DNA of 64,000 nucleotides from Squalus acanthias (taxonomy: Eukaryota): assembly GCA_030390025.1 (NCBI GenBank), contig CM059431.1:104100001-104164000 (forward strand), in the 5' to 3' direction. This document shows, piece after piece, positions 62,169 through 64,000 of this stretch. Both the position numbers and the translations under genes were made by a program. How positions within the stretch are numbered: the stretch's first letter is position 1; each line of letters begins with the position of its first letter. A model generated the notes under the pieces. That model did no database searches. It worked only from the letters and a program-made list of their open reading frames with translations, and was not told the DNA's origin.

Positions 62169-63015
62169 GGGCGCGATCTTGCCAGCCCTGAGAAGGCGGG
62201 TATGGAGGCGGGACTGCCGGGAAAATGGCAGAATCTGGGGGCGGGTGCCCATCCTGCCCCCAACCCACCTCCGTGCCATTTTCCCAGGAGGTGGGTAGCC
62301 GACCCGCGCCGGGTCCCATCTCCTTGGAGGCGGGAAGGGGATTAGTGCCACTTATCTGCCTGTTAACAGGTAGTTAACAGGCAGATGAGAGGATTATCAC
62401 CATTTTACCCACACAAGTGCGGGCTTCCCGAAGGCTGCGAACCCTGCCAGGGTCACCGAGGCGAGCAGTGGGTCTGCGGGGGTCGGAGGGGTGCAAAAGT
62501 GCACTGTGAAGGTAAGTGAAGGGTGCAAGTGTGGAGAGGTGAGTATGTGAGGTGAGTGGAAAGTGTTAGAAAACGTTTACTTACCTTTGTTTCTTCCTGC
62601 AGGCTTCAATCGGTGGGGATGCGGAGAGTTTCGCACCTCACCGGCAGAGATGACAGATGGCCGCTGCATTCTCCAATGTAGCAACCATCTAATTTCTGCA
62701 AAAGAAAGAGTTTTGATGAGGTCTTGAATTCAAGAACTCATCAAGCTACAGAGAATGTCAGTGTTTAACGGCTTCACAGAGCTGTCAAACACTGACAATT
62801 CATCTGTCAAAAATCTTTGACAGCTGAAACATCATATGTTGACGTTCTCTGTAACCGGCTTTCCCTTAATTGGCCTGCTGAGCCCGCTGGGCGGGCTTAA
62901 CAAGGTCAATCAAGGGAAAATAGCGTGGGTTGGCCAGAAGTTGAAGGAGGCGGGACTAAAACCCGACAAGTGGGAGTCCCGCCTCCAAAAGCTCCCCATT
63001 GGCAAAATCCAGCCC
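62169..63015. mobile_element. Harbinger-derived non-autonomous element
   Basis: Termini GGGCGCGATCTTGCC / GGCAAAATCCAGCCC; shares CCTGTTAACAGG and GGGCGGGCTTAACAAG with 46017-46964. Confidence 0.75.
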
Positions 63016-63489
63016 AATGATTCCAAGTGGTTAACAGTGCTTGTATTCAGACTAATGAGGAGGTTGTAATGGCAGCAGTAGGCTCCTACATTGTCAGCTA
63101 TAGGTCGCTTAGTTAAACGTACATCACTTCATATAACCGGGTGTGATCCTGCCTGGCCTGGATATGGGCAGAAACTCTTTTGCATTCACTTTGTAATGTT
63201 ATTTTCTGATGTTTCACGATTCCCTTTAGCCTTTCAAGTCTTCAAGAATCTTTTGCAGCTGTACCATTCACTGACCGCTTAAATAAACACCGCGGGCTAC
63301 TTAAAATTATTCTCGTGTAGATTGCAGAAATAACAGGTCTATAAATTTCTCATTTACTCCAAAGTGCAAGTTAAACACGTATGGTGAAATTTGTTTCATG
63401 AACTGCAATAGTAATAACACCACATACAGGAGGCTATCTCCGCCTCCTAGGCATGAGAAAAGTATTTTATTATGTATTGTATTGCAAGA

Positions 63490-63820
63490 GAAGATGTTTC
63501 CATTTGTGAGGAATCCAAAATGAGGGGCCATCAATATAAGATAATCACTAATAAATCCAATAGGGAATTCAGGAGAAACTTCTTTACCCAGAGAGTGGTG
63601 AGAATGTGGAACTTGCGACCACAGGGAGTGGTTGAGGCGAATAGCAAAGATGCATTTAAGGGGAAGCTCGATAAACACATGAGGGAGAAAGGAATAGAAG
63701 GTTACATTGATGAGGTGAGATGAAGTAGGGGTGGGAGGAGGCTGGTGTGGAGCATAAACACCGGCACGGACCAGTTGGGCTGAATGGCCTGTTTCTGAGC
63801 TGTAAATTCTATGTAATTCT
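63490..63820 (+). mobile_element. CR1 3' end
   Basis: RGHQYKIITNKSNREFRRNFFTQRVVRMWN; TTCTATG tail. Confidence 0.9.
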
Positions 63821-63898
63821 ACTTAAGCACGCTTAATCGTATTTAGCTAACTATTAAACTATGTGTTTGTTATAAAGAATTTTATTTTGTAAATTCAT

Positions 63899-64000
63899 GG
63901 GGGAAAAATTCAGTTGGATTGCGCCTCTCGTTAGTGCCTTAAGAGGGCGCTAATGGGGCACAAAGCAACTAACGCCTGTGCGCACCGATCTTTGCGTCGC
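63899..64000 (+). mobile_element. Left end of a second copy or relative of the 39525 Harbinger, running off the window
   Basis: GGGGGAAAAATTCAGTTGGATTGCGCCTCTCGTTAGTGCCTTAAGAGGGCGCTAATGGGGC closely matches 39525-39585. Confidence 0.85.

Overview
Non-genic, very repeat-dense vertebrate DNA. The repeat content (Deu-domain SacSINE1-like SINEs, HER1/CR1 LINEs, L2 tails, RTE, Penelope) points to a shark or ray. I found no convincing host protein-coding exon; most ORFs in the track are LINE 3' fragments, antisense shadows or minisatellite artefacts. Main structures: (1) an apparently intact 4.2-kb PIF/Harbinger transposon (39525-43725) with an open 386-aa DDE transposase and a convergent 3-exon, 459-aa Myb/SANT gene, nested in a solo LTR that is itself inside a LINE, plus many non-autonomous Harbinger-type MITEs; (2) four short, non-coding, 12-13-bp-TSD-flanked Penelope-type insertions carrying minimal hammerhead ribozyme motifs, two of them fold-back palindromes, and a second hammerhead family; (3) a 4-kb LTR-derived insert with env-like remnants whose two ends are inverted 235-bp LTR 3' ends; (4) an ORF1-only L1/Tx1-type element inserted into the tRNA A-box of a SINE; (5) a 33-bp minisatellite grown from the same internal SINE segment in two SINE copies; (6) several unique AT-rich, TF-motif-dense blocks that may be conserved non-coding enhancers. 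All calls come from reading the sequence by eye. No searches or folding were run, and the boundaries of old repeats are approximate.
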